A stretch of 64,000 nt of DNA from Arcticibacter sp. (GTDB lineage Bacteria > Bacteroidota > Bacteroidia > Sphingobacteriales > Sphingobacteriaceae), in assembly GCF_045629565.1 (NCBI RefSeq), contig NZ_JAZQRL010000007.1:88-64087 (forward strand), in the 5' to 3' direction. Positions 29,324 to 39,700 of the stretch are shown here, piece after piece. The notes under the pieces were generated by a model. That model saw nothing but the letters and a program-made list of their open reading frames with translations. It did not search any database and had not been told where the DNA came from. Position 1 is the first letter of the stretch, and each line of letters begins with the position of its first letter. The translations under genes were made by a program, and so were the position numbers.

Positions 29324-30049
29324 ATGAATGCAGCCCACCTTTTGTTGATTGCATGCCTTTGTGCGGGTATGTTTTTCAGTGTATATCAAAGGAAGTTAAC
29401 CTTATGGGGATCGGTATGCGGGGGCATTCTTGCTTATATGCTTTATCTCGGTTCAGGATATGCAGGGGTGCTCATGATGGCGGGTTTCTTCGTTCTCGGA
29501 ACAGGTGCGAGCCAATGGAGACATCAACTAAAAGTTCGCATGGGACTTGCAGAAACCGATAAGGGACGACGGGTTGCGTCACAAGTGCTGGCTAACGCAG
29601 GCGTTCCCGCCATAGCTGCACTCATCGCGTTCAGCCTTCCGTCACAACGCGAGTTTTGCACGGTGCTCATTGCTTCGGCTTTTGCCTCTGCAACCTCAGA
29701 CACGCTCTCCTCAGAGCTGGGGAACGTCTATGGCCGTCGTTTCTATCATGTTCTCCACTGGCAGAAAGATGTCAGGGGAGAGAACGGAGTCATCAGTTTA
29801 GAGGGGTCGATGGCTGGATTAGCGGGAAGTGCTTTAATAGCTTTTCTATTCGGCTGCTTTGCCGGATTTACCCCTTTGGTCGCAATTGTGATGATAGCAG
29901 GTATGGCCGGAAACCTCTTTGATTCTGTACTTGGCGCCACCCTAGAGCGGAAACATGTTATAGATAATGATGTGGTAAACTTTTTAAACACGCTTTTCGC
30001 CGCATTGGTGGCAGGCGCATTACTATCCGCAAGTGATTTTTTAGGATAA
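29324..30049 (+). CDS. DUF92 (TMEM19-like) membrane protein
   Basis: QVLANAG, ATSDTLSSELG, NGVISLEGS, DSVLGATLE, NDVVNF. Confidence 0.88.
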   Translation: MNAAHLLLIACLCAGMFFSVYQRKLTLWGSVCGGILAYMLYLGSGYAGVLMMAGFFVLGTGASQWRHQLKVRMGLAETDKGRRVASQVLANAGVPAIAALIAFSLPSQREFCTVLIASAFASATSDTLSSELGNVYGRRFYHVLHWQKDVRGENGVISLEGSMAGLAGSALIAFLFGCFAGFTPLVAIVMIAGMAGNLFDSVLGATLERKHVIDNDVVNFLNTLFAALVAGALLSASDFLG

Positions 30050-30083
30050 AAAAAGCCCCTGCTATAATGAGTATAGCAAGGGC
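30048..30083 (-). terminator. intrinsic terminator
   Basis: GCCCCTGCTATA/TATAGCAAGGGC stem; the mismatch is a G-U pair on the minus strand, followed by a U-tract. Confidence 0.6.
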
Positions 30084-30168
30084 ACCTAAACCTTATCACC
30101 TACTTTAACGATGAAACCGGCTAATAGTTTCAAAAAAGTGAAAAATTTTTTAAATATTTTTTCTGACC

Positions 30169-30381
30169 TTATTTGTTCCCTTTTTTATCATAAAAAGGCG
30201 CTGTGGCAGCCAGAATCAGGAATATGATAATAAATACATATATAGTTAAATTTTCATGTCCTCGGTTGGAACCTGCAGTATTGCTTAAATCACTGTCCAC
30301 CACATTGACTGCGAATGAACCATATGCTGAAGAGGCGATTAACAAGAACGTGTACAGTGCTTTTTTTAAAAGAGATTTCAT
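30169..30381 (-). CDS. small hypothetical membrane protein (70 aa)
   Basis: Signal-like N-terminus, C-terminal TM, basic tail; terminator downstream. Confidence 0.55.
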   Translation of the reverse strand: MKSLLKKALYTFLLIASSAYGSFAVNVVDSDLSNTAGSNRGHENLTIYVFIIIFLILAATAPFYDKKGNK

Positions 30382-30517
30382 GAGTTTGCTTTGTTTGAGT
30401 TTCCAAATGTATTAAATATCCGTTTCAGACGGTACATATTTTTATTATAACCCTCTTTGTTACTATACTAACAATACAGGAACAGGATTGTTGTCACTGT
30501 CTGGATCAAACAAAACA

Positions 30518-31993
30518 ATGAAAATTCTACTCACAGGTGCAAATGGTTATATCGGCACACGTCTGCTTCCCGTACTGTTGGCGGAGGGTCATGATGTGGT
30601 TTGCATGGTTCGCGACAAGCGACGTTTTATAAAAAAAATCGAATATCCCGAGAAGGTAATGATCATCGAAGCCGACCTGGTGACGGGAAAGGGGTTGGAT
30701 CAGATCCCTGTGGATATCGATGCCGCTTATTATCTCGTGCATTCCATGTCCTCACCCAAAGGTGACTTCTCTGATGCGGAGAAACAAACTGCCGGAAACT
30801 TTGTGAGCGCCCTTTCCCGATGCGATAATTGTAAACAGATCATCTATCTGACAGGCATCGTCAATGATGCTAAATTATCGAAGCATCTTTCATCACGACT
30901 GGCTGTAGAAGATGTTTTGAAACAAAGCAATATTCCATGCACTATCCTAAGAGCAGCGATTATCATTGGATCTGGCAGTGCCTCATTCGAAATAATCCGC
31001 GACCTGGTAGAAAAGCTCCCCGTCATGGTTGCTCCTAAATGGGTGAGAACCCGCTGCCAGCCTATCGGTATCCGCGACGTGCTTCGTTATCTGAGCGGCG
31101 TACTCGTAAAAGAAGAAGCTTATGATAAGACATTCGATATAGGCGGTCCGGATATCCTGACCTACCAGCAGATGCTTTTGGAATATGCCGCTTCCCGAAA
31201 TCTCAACCGTTACATCATAAATGTACCCTTCCTGACGCCCAAGCTGTCATCCTATTGGCTTAATTTCGTTACATCTGTTCCTTTTTCACTGGCCAGTTCT
31301 TTAGTGGAAAGTATGAAAAATGAGGTAGTTTGCCAAAACGATAACATCAAGAACATTGTTCCCGGAGAATGCTTCAGCTATCGCGAATCGCTAAAACTCG
31401 CCTTCGTTAAGATCGAACAGCATTCGATCGTCAGCAGCTGGAAAGACGCTCTTAACAGGGGGTACCTTGAAACAACTTTTATGGATCAGATCAAGGTTCC
31501 TCAAAATGGGACCCTTAGTTCGCAGGTGAAGATTATCTTCGACAGAAGCTCGGACGAAGTGCTCGAAAATATATGGGGAATCGGAGGTAACAGGGGTTGG
31601 TATTACCTGAATTTCTTATGGAAGCTTAGAGGCTTTGCCGATAAAGTTGTTGGCGGTGTAGGAATGAGGAGGGGCAGAAGAAACCAGGACAGCCTGATCG
31701 CGGGTGATGCACTGGATTTTTGGAGGGTATTACTCGCCGACAAAGAAAAGAAACGGTTGTTACTTTATGCGGAGATGAGGCTACCGGGCGAGGCTTGGCT
31801 GGAGTTCTGCATCGATCAGTCGGACAGGTCGGGGAAAACATTGATCCAGACCGCAACTTTTCGTCCGCGCGGACTATGGGGACGTTTGTACTGGTATGCT
31901 ATGTGGCCATTCCATTTGTTTATATTCAAAGGTATGGCCACGCAGCTCACGCAATATCAAAATAGTGTTGGGTTACCGTCGCCCAAAGATTAG
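30518..31993 (+). CDS. atypical SDR/NAD(P)-binding protein with DUF2867 domain (YbjT-like)
   Basis: MKILLTGANGYIG Rossmann motif (start 30518), GSGSASFE, ALDFWRV, AEMRLPGEAWLEF. Confidence 0.85.
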   Translation: MKILLTGANGYIGTRLLPVLLAEGHDVVCMVRDKRRFIKKIEYPEKVMIIEADLVTGKGLDQIPVDIDAAYYLVHSMSSPKGDFSDAEKQTAGNFVSALSRCDNCKQIIYLTGIVNDAKLSKHLSSRLAVEDVLKQSNIPCTILRAAIIIGSGSASFEIIRDLVEKLPVMVAPKWVRTRCQPIGIRDVLRYLSGVLVKEEAYDKTFDIGGPDILTYQQMLLEYAASRNLNRYIINVPFLTPKLSSYWLNFVTSVPFSLASSLVESMKNEVVCQNDNIKNIVPGECFSYRESLKLAFVKIEQHSIVSSWKDALNRGYLETTFMDQIKVPQNGTLSSQVKIIFDRSSDEVLENIWGIGGNRGWYYLNFLWKLRGFADKVVGGVGMRRGRRNQDSLIAGDALDFWRVLLADKEKKRLLLYAEMRLPGEAWLEFCIDQSDRSGKTLIQTATFRPRGLWGRLYWYAMWPFHLFIFKGMATQLTQYQNSVGLPSPKD

Positions 31994-32334
31994 GATTGCT
32001 TCAGTGGCTCCTTTTCTTTTTTAGGCTCCATACCTACTTCAACAAGTTCTTCCTCATGTTGTTCAGCCGCTGCTGCGGTGGCATAATTAAGTTTTCGGAA
32101 TCGCCAGATGGCGAAGGCCGGTTCCTGGTATTTGTTGATGAGTTTAAAAAACTTGGGCAGATTATAAATCTCCTCCAAAAGGACTCCGGTAACAATACCA
32201 TTATTGTCAAGTATCTCCCTTATAGTGTACTCTTTATCTTTAGTAACCCAAATTTCGAAATCACGACTGATCTCCTCTTTTTTATCTGCGTCTATAAGCG
32301 CATTGATGCAAATAACTTTATCCCCTGGTTTCAT
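31990..32334 (-). CDS. hypothetical protein
   Basis: 114-aa ORF with normal composition; TATTTTTG -7 box at 32373-32380. Confidence 0.7.
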   Translation of the reverse strand: MKPGDKVICINALIDADKKEEISRDFEIWVTKDKEYTIREILDNNGIVTGVLLEEIYNLPKFFKLINKYQEPAFAIWRFRKLNYATAAAAEQHEEELVEVGMEPKKEKEPLKQS

Positions 32335-32432
32335 GCTAATCGGCTTTCTGTGTTTCTCTACGAGATTTATTACAAAAATAGCTAAAAATGGTTTGTAGTT
32401 AAGGTATTCATGGAGTCAATCGGTAAATATTC

Positions 32433-32448
32433 GGATAAGGCCTTATCC
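32433..32448. repeat. perfect 16-bp palindrome GGATAAGGCCTTATCC
   Basis: Read directly from sequence. Confidence 0.9.
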
Positions 32449-32474
32449 TATATGTGGGCGTATAAAAAGCGACT

Positions 32475-32530
32475 TGCAGCCCATATGAGTCCGACTAACA
32501 GGCTTGAAACTCGGACTCATATGGGCTGCA
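32475..32530. repeat. perfect 20-bp inverted repeat with 16-nt loop
   Basis: TGCAGCCCATATGAGTCCGA (32475-94) / TCGGACTCATATGGGCTGCA (32511-30). Confidence 0.9.
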
Positions 32531-32909
32531 TACCCGCCCATTATGGGTATCATATAGATCATGATGTGGAGAAAACCCTTTTAATGTTCATTCAGGTTGA
32601 CGTTATTTTGCAGTTTGTATTTCTTCTGATATTCCAGATTTCCAGTTTTTTACAGCCCGTTTTTCTATGGCTCTATCAGTCGTCCACCGGATTTGGTTTG
32701 GAGCCTTGGTGTAGAAGCTAAGCTGACCGTTTCATATTACCAATACGGTAACATTATTTATCTTTGTACCAAAGGATGGGAGTTATAGGAACAAGAGTTA
32801 TTTTCATCCTTTTTATAAGGGCATTACCTAAACCTCGGATATCATCCTTTGATCGGTCAAGACAGAAAGGTATATTAGTTAAATTGATTAAAAATTCGTT
32901 AAAACTAAA

Positions 32910-33875
32910 TTGATCACAAATCAAATTTGGCTTCGGCTACTGAGGCAAAAGGAATTGAATTGCTCTTTTCGAACTGACCTTAAGGTTCTTTGTGCTTACT
33001 GTATATTCCATCTGATTACAATTTTTTTAGATTCTTCTGTGCCGGTAGCATTGCTATATGGTCCGGTATTGTATAGATTGTATCGCAGTCTAACGATGGA
33101 ACCCGTAACAAGTCGTATTGAATATCATTTGCACCAGGTGCCGTTTTACGCGATGACGGTGCTAAGTCAGATTGATATTGACTTATATCATGCCATTCAT
33201 CTTCCCGCAATGCCGTTAAGCATAGTGGCGTATGGTTTGTATATAGGTTTTTCACGAAGCAAGATTCCCAGGGAAGCCAGCCTCTCGGATGTGCAGATTT
33301 TGAAGCTGTTGACTATTATATCTTTAGCTATATCCGTTCCGCTCTTCATGTTCGCATCTCAACGTCATATTACATGGGACTGGGGTTTTGGAGTAGGGCA
33401 GCTTACTTATTATATATTGGCCTTTTGTGTATTGATGCTGGGAGCATATGTATTTTTCAACCCTAAGCAACCGTCAGCGGATCTTATTGAAAAGAAAGGG
33501 GATAGTATACACATGGTCGGTTCCCTTGTTGATAGTCAAAATCTCAGCAAAGTGCTCATCGAGCGTCAGTTGTACCTCGATCCGCTGCTTTCACTTGAAA
33601 AGTTTGCTTCTGAAGTCGGACTTCCCAAACATAAGTGTACTAAACTTATTCAGATAGAGCATGGCAAAAGTTTTTACCAGCTTATAGCCGAATACAGAAT
33701 TGAACATGCCAGCCGTCTATTGAAACAGGATGTATTAAGCGAGCTCACCATAGAGAGTATAGCAGAATCATGTGGTTTTAATTCAAAAGCATCATTTAAT
33801 CGTTACTTTAGAGACATAAGCGGATGCACCCCTTCTGAATATCGAAGGAAGTTCAGCGAATCTTCTGATGCATAG
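32910..33875 (+). CDS. membrane-embedded AraC family regulator
   Basis: N-terminal TMs with LYGPVLY; C-terminal TIESIAESCGFNSKASFNRYFRDISGCTPSEY; start codon uncertain. Confidence 0.82.
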   Translation: MITNQIWLRLLRQKELNCSFRTDLKVLCAYCIFHLITIFLDSSVPVALLYGPVLYRLYRSLTMEPVTSRIEYHLHQVPFYAMTVLSQIDIDLYHAIHLPAMPLSIVAYGLYIGFSRSKIPREASLSDVQILKLLTIISLAISVPLFMFASQRHITWDWGFGVGQLTYYILAFCVLMLGAYVFFNPKQPSADLIEKKGDSIHMVGSLVDSQNLSKVLIERQLYLDPLLSLEKFASEVGLPKHKCTKLIQIEHGKSFYQLIAEYRIEHASRLLKQDVLSELTIESIAESCGFNSKASFNRYFRDISGCTPSEYRRKFSESSDA

Positions 33876-33887
33876 CTACCAGACCTT

Positions 33888-34985
33888 ATGGAGGATATTC
33901 TACGGCAAATCATTTCATGGTGCCTGGCTGCAAATGTTACTGCAGGCATCATTGTGGCTTATATGAGTTTTAAGATCAGATCAGGCCCCCTGCATGAAAA
34001 AATACTGACCTTTGGTGTTGGCCTGGTTGTAGTGCATAGCTTTCATGCGCTAGTGGTCGCATCTTTTTTTGCTGATAAGGCTTATCTTGATTGGGCAGCG
34101 CCATACGGACTGGCTTATGGGCCGACCCTCTATTTCGCGATGAGGACAGTACAGGGTAATCATCGTTTCAATAAGAAGGATTATCTGCTGCACGCTACAC
34201 CTTTTATTTTGTATTACCTGTTGTATATCGTCTGGATCAGCACTTCTGCAGATAAGGATATTTTGTATGTGATGATCAGGTACTCCTTATTCAATGCTAT
34301 CATCCTATCATTGCTCGGTTACGGAGCATATAGCTTCTACCTCTACAGGAATGGAACTATGAAGTTTAAAAGAGTCTTAGATCTTTTGTCAACCGCCGGG
34401 ATAATGCTTGTTTTTACCGGTTTCCTGTTAATTACGGTTGATTCTTCCTCACCAAGAAGTCACGCCTCATTTTACGTTCCGCGTTTGATGATGTATGGGA
34501 TCATGACCATAGTTGTTTTTATCGTCCTGGATCATAAGCTGCGCTTGTTGATTTATCCGGAAGGTACGTTGAATGCTGGCAACACGGACGAGGTTATGGC
34601 AGTAGAACCCAGGGCCTATGCCAAATCAGGATTACCCGAACAAGCTCTGGTTATATATGAAGAGCGTCTGACAGCGATGGTGGAAAATGAAAGACTGTTC
34701 TTAGACCCTTCGCTTAGCATCGACCGCCTTTCGGAATCGACTAAGATTCCGAAGCATTATTTGTCGCAAATATTCAGTTTACAGATGGGCAAAAGTTTTG
34801 CCGACTACATTAATCAACTGCGCATTCAATACGCCTGCAAAGAATTGGAACAGCCAAGAGATATCTCCATGGAGCAACTGGGATATGAATGTGGCTTCAA
34901 TTCTAAAGTATCCTTCTACAGGAACTTTAAACTTCATACCGGTTTGACACCCTCACAGTATATCACAAAAGTGAGGAACTCTTAA
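33888..34985 (+). CDS. membrane-embedded AraC family regulator
   Basis: Multiple TMs with AYGPTLY; C-terminal GYECGFNSKVSFYRNFKLHTGLTPSQY. Confidence 0.87.
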   Translation: MEDILRQIISWCLAANVTAGIIVAYMSFKIRSGPLHEKILTFGVGLVVVHSFHALVVASFFADKAYLDWAAPYGLAYGPTLYFAMRTVQGNHRFNKKDYLLHATPFILYYLLYIVWISTSADKDILYVMIRYSLFNAIILSLLGYGAYSFYLYRNGTMKFKRVLDLLSTAGIMLVFTGFLLITVDSSSPRSHASFYVPRLMMYGIMTIVVFIVLDHKLRLLIYPEGTLNAGNTDEVMAVEPRAYAKSGLPEQALVIYEERLTAMVENERLFLDPSLSIDRLSESTKIPKHYLSQIFSLQMGKSFADYINQLRIQYACKELEQPRDISMEQLGYECGFNSKVSFYRNFKLHTGLTPSQYITKVRNS

Positions 34986-35129
34986 AATTTCATAAAATCT
35001 GCGTTTTTACGCTTTAAACGCTGTTTTCATTTTTTTGGGAAGTACATATCGTTCATAAAGTGGTACTTTTTTCTACCCCGCAAAGCCTTTCTTTGCACAA
35101 AATTTATCATACATCACATAACGGGTAAT

Positions 35130-35492
35130 ATGGAAAAACATCATGGAAAAATTATCGAACGGGTAGTTAGGCGTGCGAATATGTCACTGAGTGAACTTTC
35201 GAAATTGATGGGAGTAAACCGCAGATCTATGTATAATTGGTTTGTTCTTCCCAAAGTTAAGCCCGAGATAATTTTCAGATTGGGAAAAGCACTCGAACAC
35301 GATTTTTCACAAGAATTTCCTGAGTTCTTTGAGCGCGACGATTTTAAAGATAGCCGGAGATATTCCGGAGATCCCAGTTATGAAATTGTCCCGGACAAAT
35401 CTACAGACGACGGTTTTTGGAAAGATAAATACATCAGTCTACTGGAGAAGATGAACAGTATGATGGTTGCGAAAAAGAATGTGAGCGTGTGA
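35130..35492 (+). CDS. HTH-domain hypothetical protein
   Basis: SLSELSKLMGVNRRSMYNWF helix-turn-helix; C-terminal WKDKYISLLEK. Confidence 0.7.
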   Translation: MEKHHGKIIERVVRRANMSLSELSKLMGVNRRSMYNWFVLPKVKPEIIFRLGKALEHDFSQEFPEFFERDDFKDSRRYSGDPSYEIVPDKSTDDGFWKDKYISLLEKMNSMMVAKKNVSV

Positions 35493-35577
35493 AGAATTAG
35501 ATTTACTTGTAATTGTCAGATAATCCTGACGTTTATTCTGGCAGAACATTTCGTTTTTATCACGAAGTTTGTAGTAC

Positions 35578-36795
35578 ATGAGGGTTCTGCATACAGCCGA
35601 CTGGCATTTGGGAAAAAAGTTAGAGCAATGTGAACGTACAGAGGAGCATCAGTTCTTTCTGGACTGGCTCATTGGGGAGCTCAGTCACCATTGTATTGAA
35701 GTTTTAATCATTGCCGGAGATGTTTTCGACACGGGTAATCCTTCGAATATAGCTCTTGAGCAATACTATAAGTTCCTGTGGCAGGTTAAGGGAACCTGCT
35801 GCCGGGAAGTGATCATCATTGGCGGCAATCACGATTCGATCAGTACGCTCAACGCACCCAAAGAGCTGCTGAAGTTTTTCAATATTCATGTTGTTGGTGG
35901 AGTTCCGGAAGATATTCGTCAGCAGATCATTCCGGTTTTGAATGCAGATGGGAAAGTAGAGCTTGTGATATGTGCGATTCCTTTTTTGAGGGACAGAGAC
36001 GTTCGGCTCTCTGTTGCAGGCGAAACCGCGCAGGACCGGGAGTCGCGAATTAAGGAAGGGATTTGTGCGCATTACAATAGGTTCAAAGCCGAGATTGCCG
36101 CCTATAAAGAAGAGGGAATACCGGTCATTGCGACCGGGCATCTATTTGCTGCTGGCTCCAGTACTTCTGAAAGTGAAAAGGAGATCCACGTTGGCAATCT
36201 GGGGCAGATCTGCGGAGACCAGTTCCCTGAAGAATTCAATTACGTAGCCTTAGGTCATATACACCGTCCGCAGATCGTGAACAAAATGAGTCATGTACGT
36301 TACTCTGGTTCACCTATTCCTTTAAGCTTTTCAGAAACAGATGACGAAAAGCAGGTGCTGATTCTGGACTTCCGAGAAGGAGGGCTGCAACAGATCACAG
36401 CATTGAAAGTGCCTTGCTGCAGAAAGCTGATCAGGATAAAAGGAACACTGGAAGAAGTAAGAATGAAGCTGGACGTTATGGAAGACCGGGGTATGATGAT
36501 GCCTGCCTGGGTAGAGCTTCAAATAAAGACCGACCGTTTTATTCATGATTTGGATGAGCAGTTGGACAAGTTAAAAGCCGGCAAGCCATTTATTGAACGC
36601 TTCTTTCCGCGTCAGATCAAGACAAGTGCTGCCCTTAGCTTAAACGAGCAGACCATTTTGGAATCTGCGTTGCATGAGCTGGAACCCCGTTCGGTATTTC
36701 TAAAGCGATGTGAATCGGAATTTCCAAATGAGGACCATGGTGAACTGCTGCGATTGTTCGACGAAATCCTGGAAAAAATGGCTCAGAGGGACTAA
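35578..36795 (+). CDS. sbcD: exonuclease SbcCD subunit D
   Basis: HTADWHLG, AGDVFD, GGNHDS, ALGHIH, YSGSPIPLSFSE. Confidence 0.93.
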   Translation: MRVLHTADWHLGKKLEQCERTEEHQFFLDWLIGELSHHCIEVLIIAGDVFDTGNPSNIALEQYYKFLWQVKGTCCREVIIIGGNHDSISTLNAPKELLKFFNIHVVGGVPEDIRQQIIPVLNADGKVELVICAIPFLRDRDVRLSVAGETAQDRESRIKEGICAHYNRFKAEIAAYKEEGIPVIATGHLFAAGSSTSESEKEIHVGNLGQICGDQFPEEFNYVALGHIHRPQIVNKMSHVRYSGSPIPLSFSETDDEKQVLILDFREGGLQQITALKVPCCRKLIRIKGTLEEVRMKLDVMEDRGMMMPAWVELQIKTDRFIHDLDEQLDKLKAGKPFIERFFPRQIKTSAALSLNEQTILESALHELEPRSVFLKRCESEFPNEDHGELLRLFDEILEKMAQRD

Positions 36796-36798
36796 CTC

Positions 36799-39700
36799 AT
36801 GAAAATATTAAGCGTACGTTTTTTAAACCTGAATTCCCTGAAGGGAGAACATCAGATCCGCTTTGATCAAAGCCCCTTCACCGAAAGTGGATTATTCGCT
36901 ATTACAGGCCCTACGGGAGCTGGGAAGACGACCATCCTGGATGCTATTACCATTGCGCTCTATGGCCGCGTTCATCGGCATGACAGAGATGTTTCTGAGA
37001 GTATGACCAGGCATACAGCGGAGTCTTTCTCAGAGGTGGAGTTTGAGATCAAGGGAAAGGGCTATCGGGCGAAATGGTCGCAGCGCCGCGGTTATGGCAA
37101 GGTGGACGGTGCACTGCAGACTCAACGGATGGAGCTTGTTGATCTTAGCACTTTGGAAATTATGGTTAATCACCCTCTTTCTGAAGTGCAACAGCAGATC
37201 GTCGCCCTATGTGGACTTGATTATCATCAATTTCTGCGCTCGGTAATGTTGTCTCAAGGAGACTTTACGCAGTTTCTCAAGTCGAAAGAGAATGAGCGTT
37301 CGGAACTACTGGAAAAAATCACCGATACGGCAGTGTATTCGGAGATCTCCAGGTATGTGTTTGACCGGGCAAGGCAGGAGAGAGAGAAGCTGGAAAGGCT
37401 GAGAGAGCAACTGGATAATGCAGATATCCTTTCCGATGAAGAAGTTTCACAGCTGAACATTTCTTTGCAGGATCTGAGTATTCGGGAAAAGGCCGTTCGG
37501 GATAACTCTTTGGATACACGAGATAAAATCAACTGGTTAGGAGTTTTAGGTAAACTGAAAGTTGATGAAGCGCGGCAACGGGATTTGCTGCGTGAACAGC
37601 AGGAGAAGTTGATTCTCCATCAGGAGGACTTCCAGAAGCTGGCGCTGCATCAGAAGGCCATGGCCTACCGTTCAGACCTGCAGGATATTCAGAATCATGA
37701 AGGGAGAATCGAGGAACTTGCATTAAGGATTCGGGAACAGGAAGAGGTGCTTCCCTCGGTTCAGGAGAAGAGCCGGCAGGCAGATCAGGCATTTGAGGAA
37801 GGTAAAAAGCTGCTCGATCAGAAGGACGGGAGCTTGCAAGAGCAGGAGCCGCTGTTTGAGAAGGTGATTCAGAAAGATCTGCAGCTGGACGGCTTCAGAA
37901 AGGAGCTCGAGAGGGCAGAGAGCTGGGCTAAGACGGCACTAAAAGATGTGGATCAGACCATCAGTGACCGGGATACTTTAGCTCAAAATATTGCTGCGCT
38001 TGAGGTGGAGATCAGCGCTTTGAACCAGTTGATTGTCGGTCAGCCCAAAGAAAATGAACTGGAGACGGCAATTGTTCGCATCGATCAATATCAGCAGGAA
38101 TTAGGCCGTGCGCGGCTTTCACTTCGGGATAAAAAAGCCGAAGAAAGAAGTGTCGTCGATCTGCAAAAGGATCAGGAAAAGTCGCTTCTTGCCATTGAAG
38201 AGGAAATAGCTAAATCAAATGCCGGCTTGTTGCTCAAGCAGCAGGAACTGGTTCGACTTCGAGACAAGCTGCGGACGGAGTTTGAGGGCAAGTCGCTTGA
38301 CGTCCTGGAAGAGTCGGCAGACAAGCTTCCTGGCTTGATCAGCCTATGTCAGGATCAATCGAGGTTAGCTAAAGAGTACTTCCAAACCCGCGCTCAGCTG
38401 GATGCTCTAAAGCAGGAGCAAAGCCGGAACCAGGAATCGGTGGTTTCGCTTGAGGCAGTGCTGGCCCTCCAAACGGAGGAAAAGCAGGAAGCCGAACGCA
38501 TATTAGAAGATCACAGGAAAGTGGTTGATATACAGATTCGCATACAAAAATACGATGCGGATAGAGGTCAGCTGCAGGAGGATCAGGAATGTCCCCTTTG
38601 CGGATCAAAAGAGCACCCCTATGTCGAGAAACACTATCATTCGGCACTTACGGAAGCAGAACAGAAGCGGAACGCCCATGAAGTCTATGTGCAGAAACTT
38701 TCCAGGGAGATTCAGGATTCGGCAATCAAGCTGAGTGCCTCGAAAGAGAAACTCGCAGGCCAGCTTAAGCAGTCGGCAGAGCGTGAAGAGAAGCTTTCTA
38801 ATATGGAGAGTTCCTTCGCTTTAAATAATGGGAGGTTGCCTGCACCACTGGCGCTGGAGAAGCCCGCCATTATCAATGCGATCGTTCTTAAGAAACAAAG
38901 TGAATTGTCAGCCTTGCAGGCTCAGATCCAGGCACTGCGTGTTCTGCAGAAAGACATCAGCATGGTGGAGCTGATGTTGATCGATTTGAAAAGTACGATC
39001 GAACAGGCGAAGACCAGGAAAGAATCGCTGCTGACACAACTCAGCAGCGGGGCCGGAAATCTGGAAAAGGTCCGGCTGGAAATTGGCAAGTTGGATCTTG
39101 AAATTGGTGACCTACAGAATAAGATTCAGGACGTGTTAAGATCTTTGCAGATTACCGACATTCCGGAAGATATCATCCGCGCGTTGAACGCACGTTTGCT
39201 GGTATGCCGGCAGTCGAATGAGAAGTTAGCTTCGGCCACATTGCGAAAGCAGGAGCTAGGCGCAGAGAGTATAAGTCTGGAAAAGGTTCTGAGAGCAAAG
39301 CAGGAACTTCTTCAGCAACGGGAGAAAGAGCGCAAGCAGGCTGATCTGCGTTTGCAGGAAGAGCTGGGCGAACGTCGGGAGCTGTTTGGTGAGAAAGATC
39401 CTGTGTTTGAGCGCGAGCAGCTTAGGAACCAGCTGAAGCAGCTTCGTGAAGCTTTGGAGAGGCAGCAGGAACTGCGGAATCAGCTGCAAAATCAGTTGCT
39501 AGCGCTGGAAGCTTCATTACAGAAGGACAGGCAGGACCTGGATAAAGCGGGCAAGGATTTGTCCCGTCTTTCAGCGGAATTGACAAGAAAACTTCAGGAA
39601 CAGGGTATTGCCGATATAGCGGAGCTCCGTTCCTATAGACTTGATGAGGGTATCGCTGCTGAGATCTCGACGATGGAGGCTGAGATCAAGACGGCTATCG

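Noticed and set aside
32495-32510. Loop ending TTGAAAC, reminiscent of a CRISPR repeat end
   Set aside because: Single occurrence, no repeat-spacer periodicity and no cas genes in the window.
32410-32721. 103-aa plus-strand ORF in the ORF track
   Set aside because: Runs through the long palindromes, has atypical composition and no recognisable motif; probably spurious.
32603-32735. Minus-strand frame SFYTKAPNQIRWTTDRAIEKRAVKNWKSG, faintly like a GIY-YIG nuclease tail or an IS3 integrase PNQ.W.TD motif
   Set aside because: Only a few residues match, no start codon, and two incompatible interpretations; needs tBLASTn before any claim.
32776-32913. 45-codon ORF whose stop overlaps the first AraC start
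   Set aside because: No homology cue; may be chance, and cannot be separated from an uncertain AraC start.
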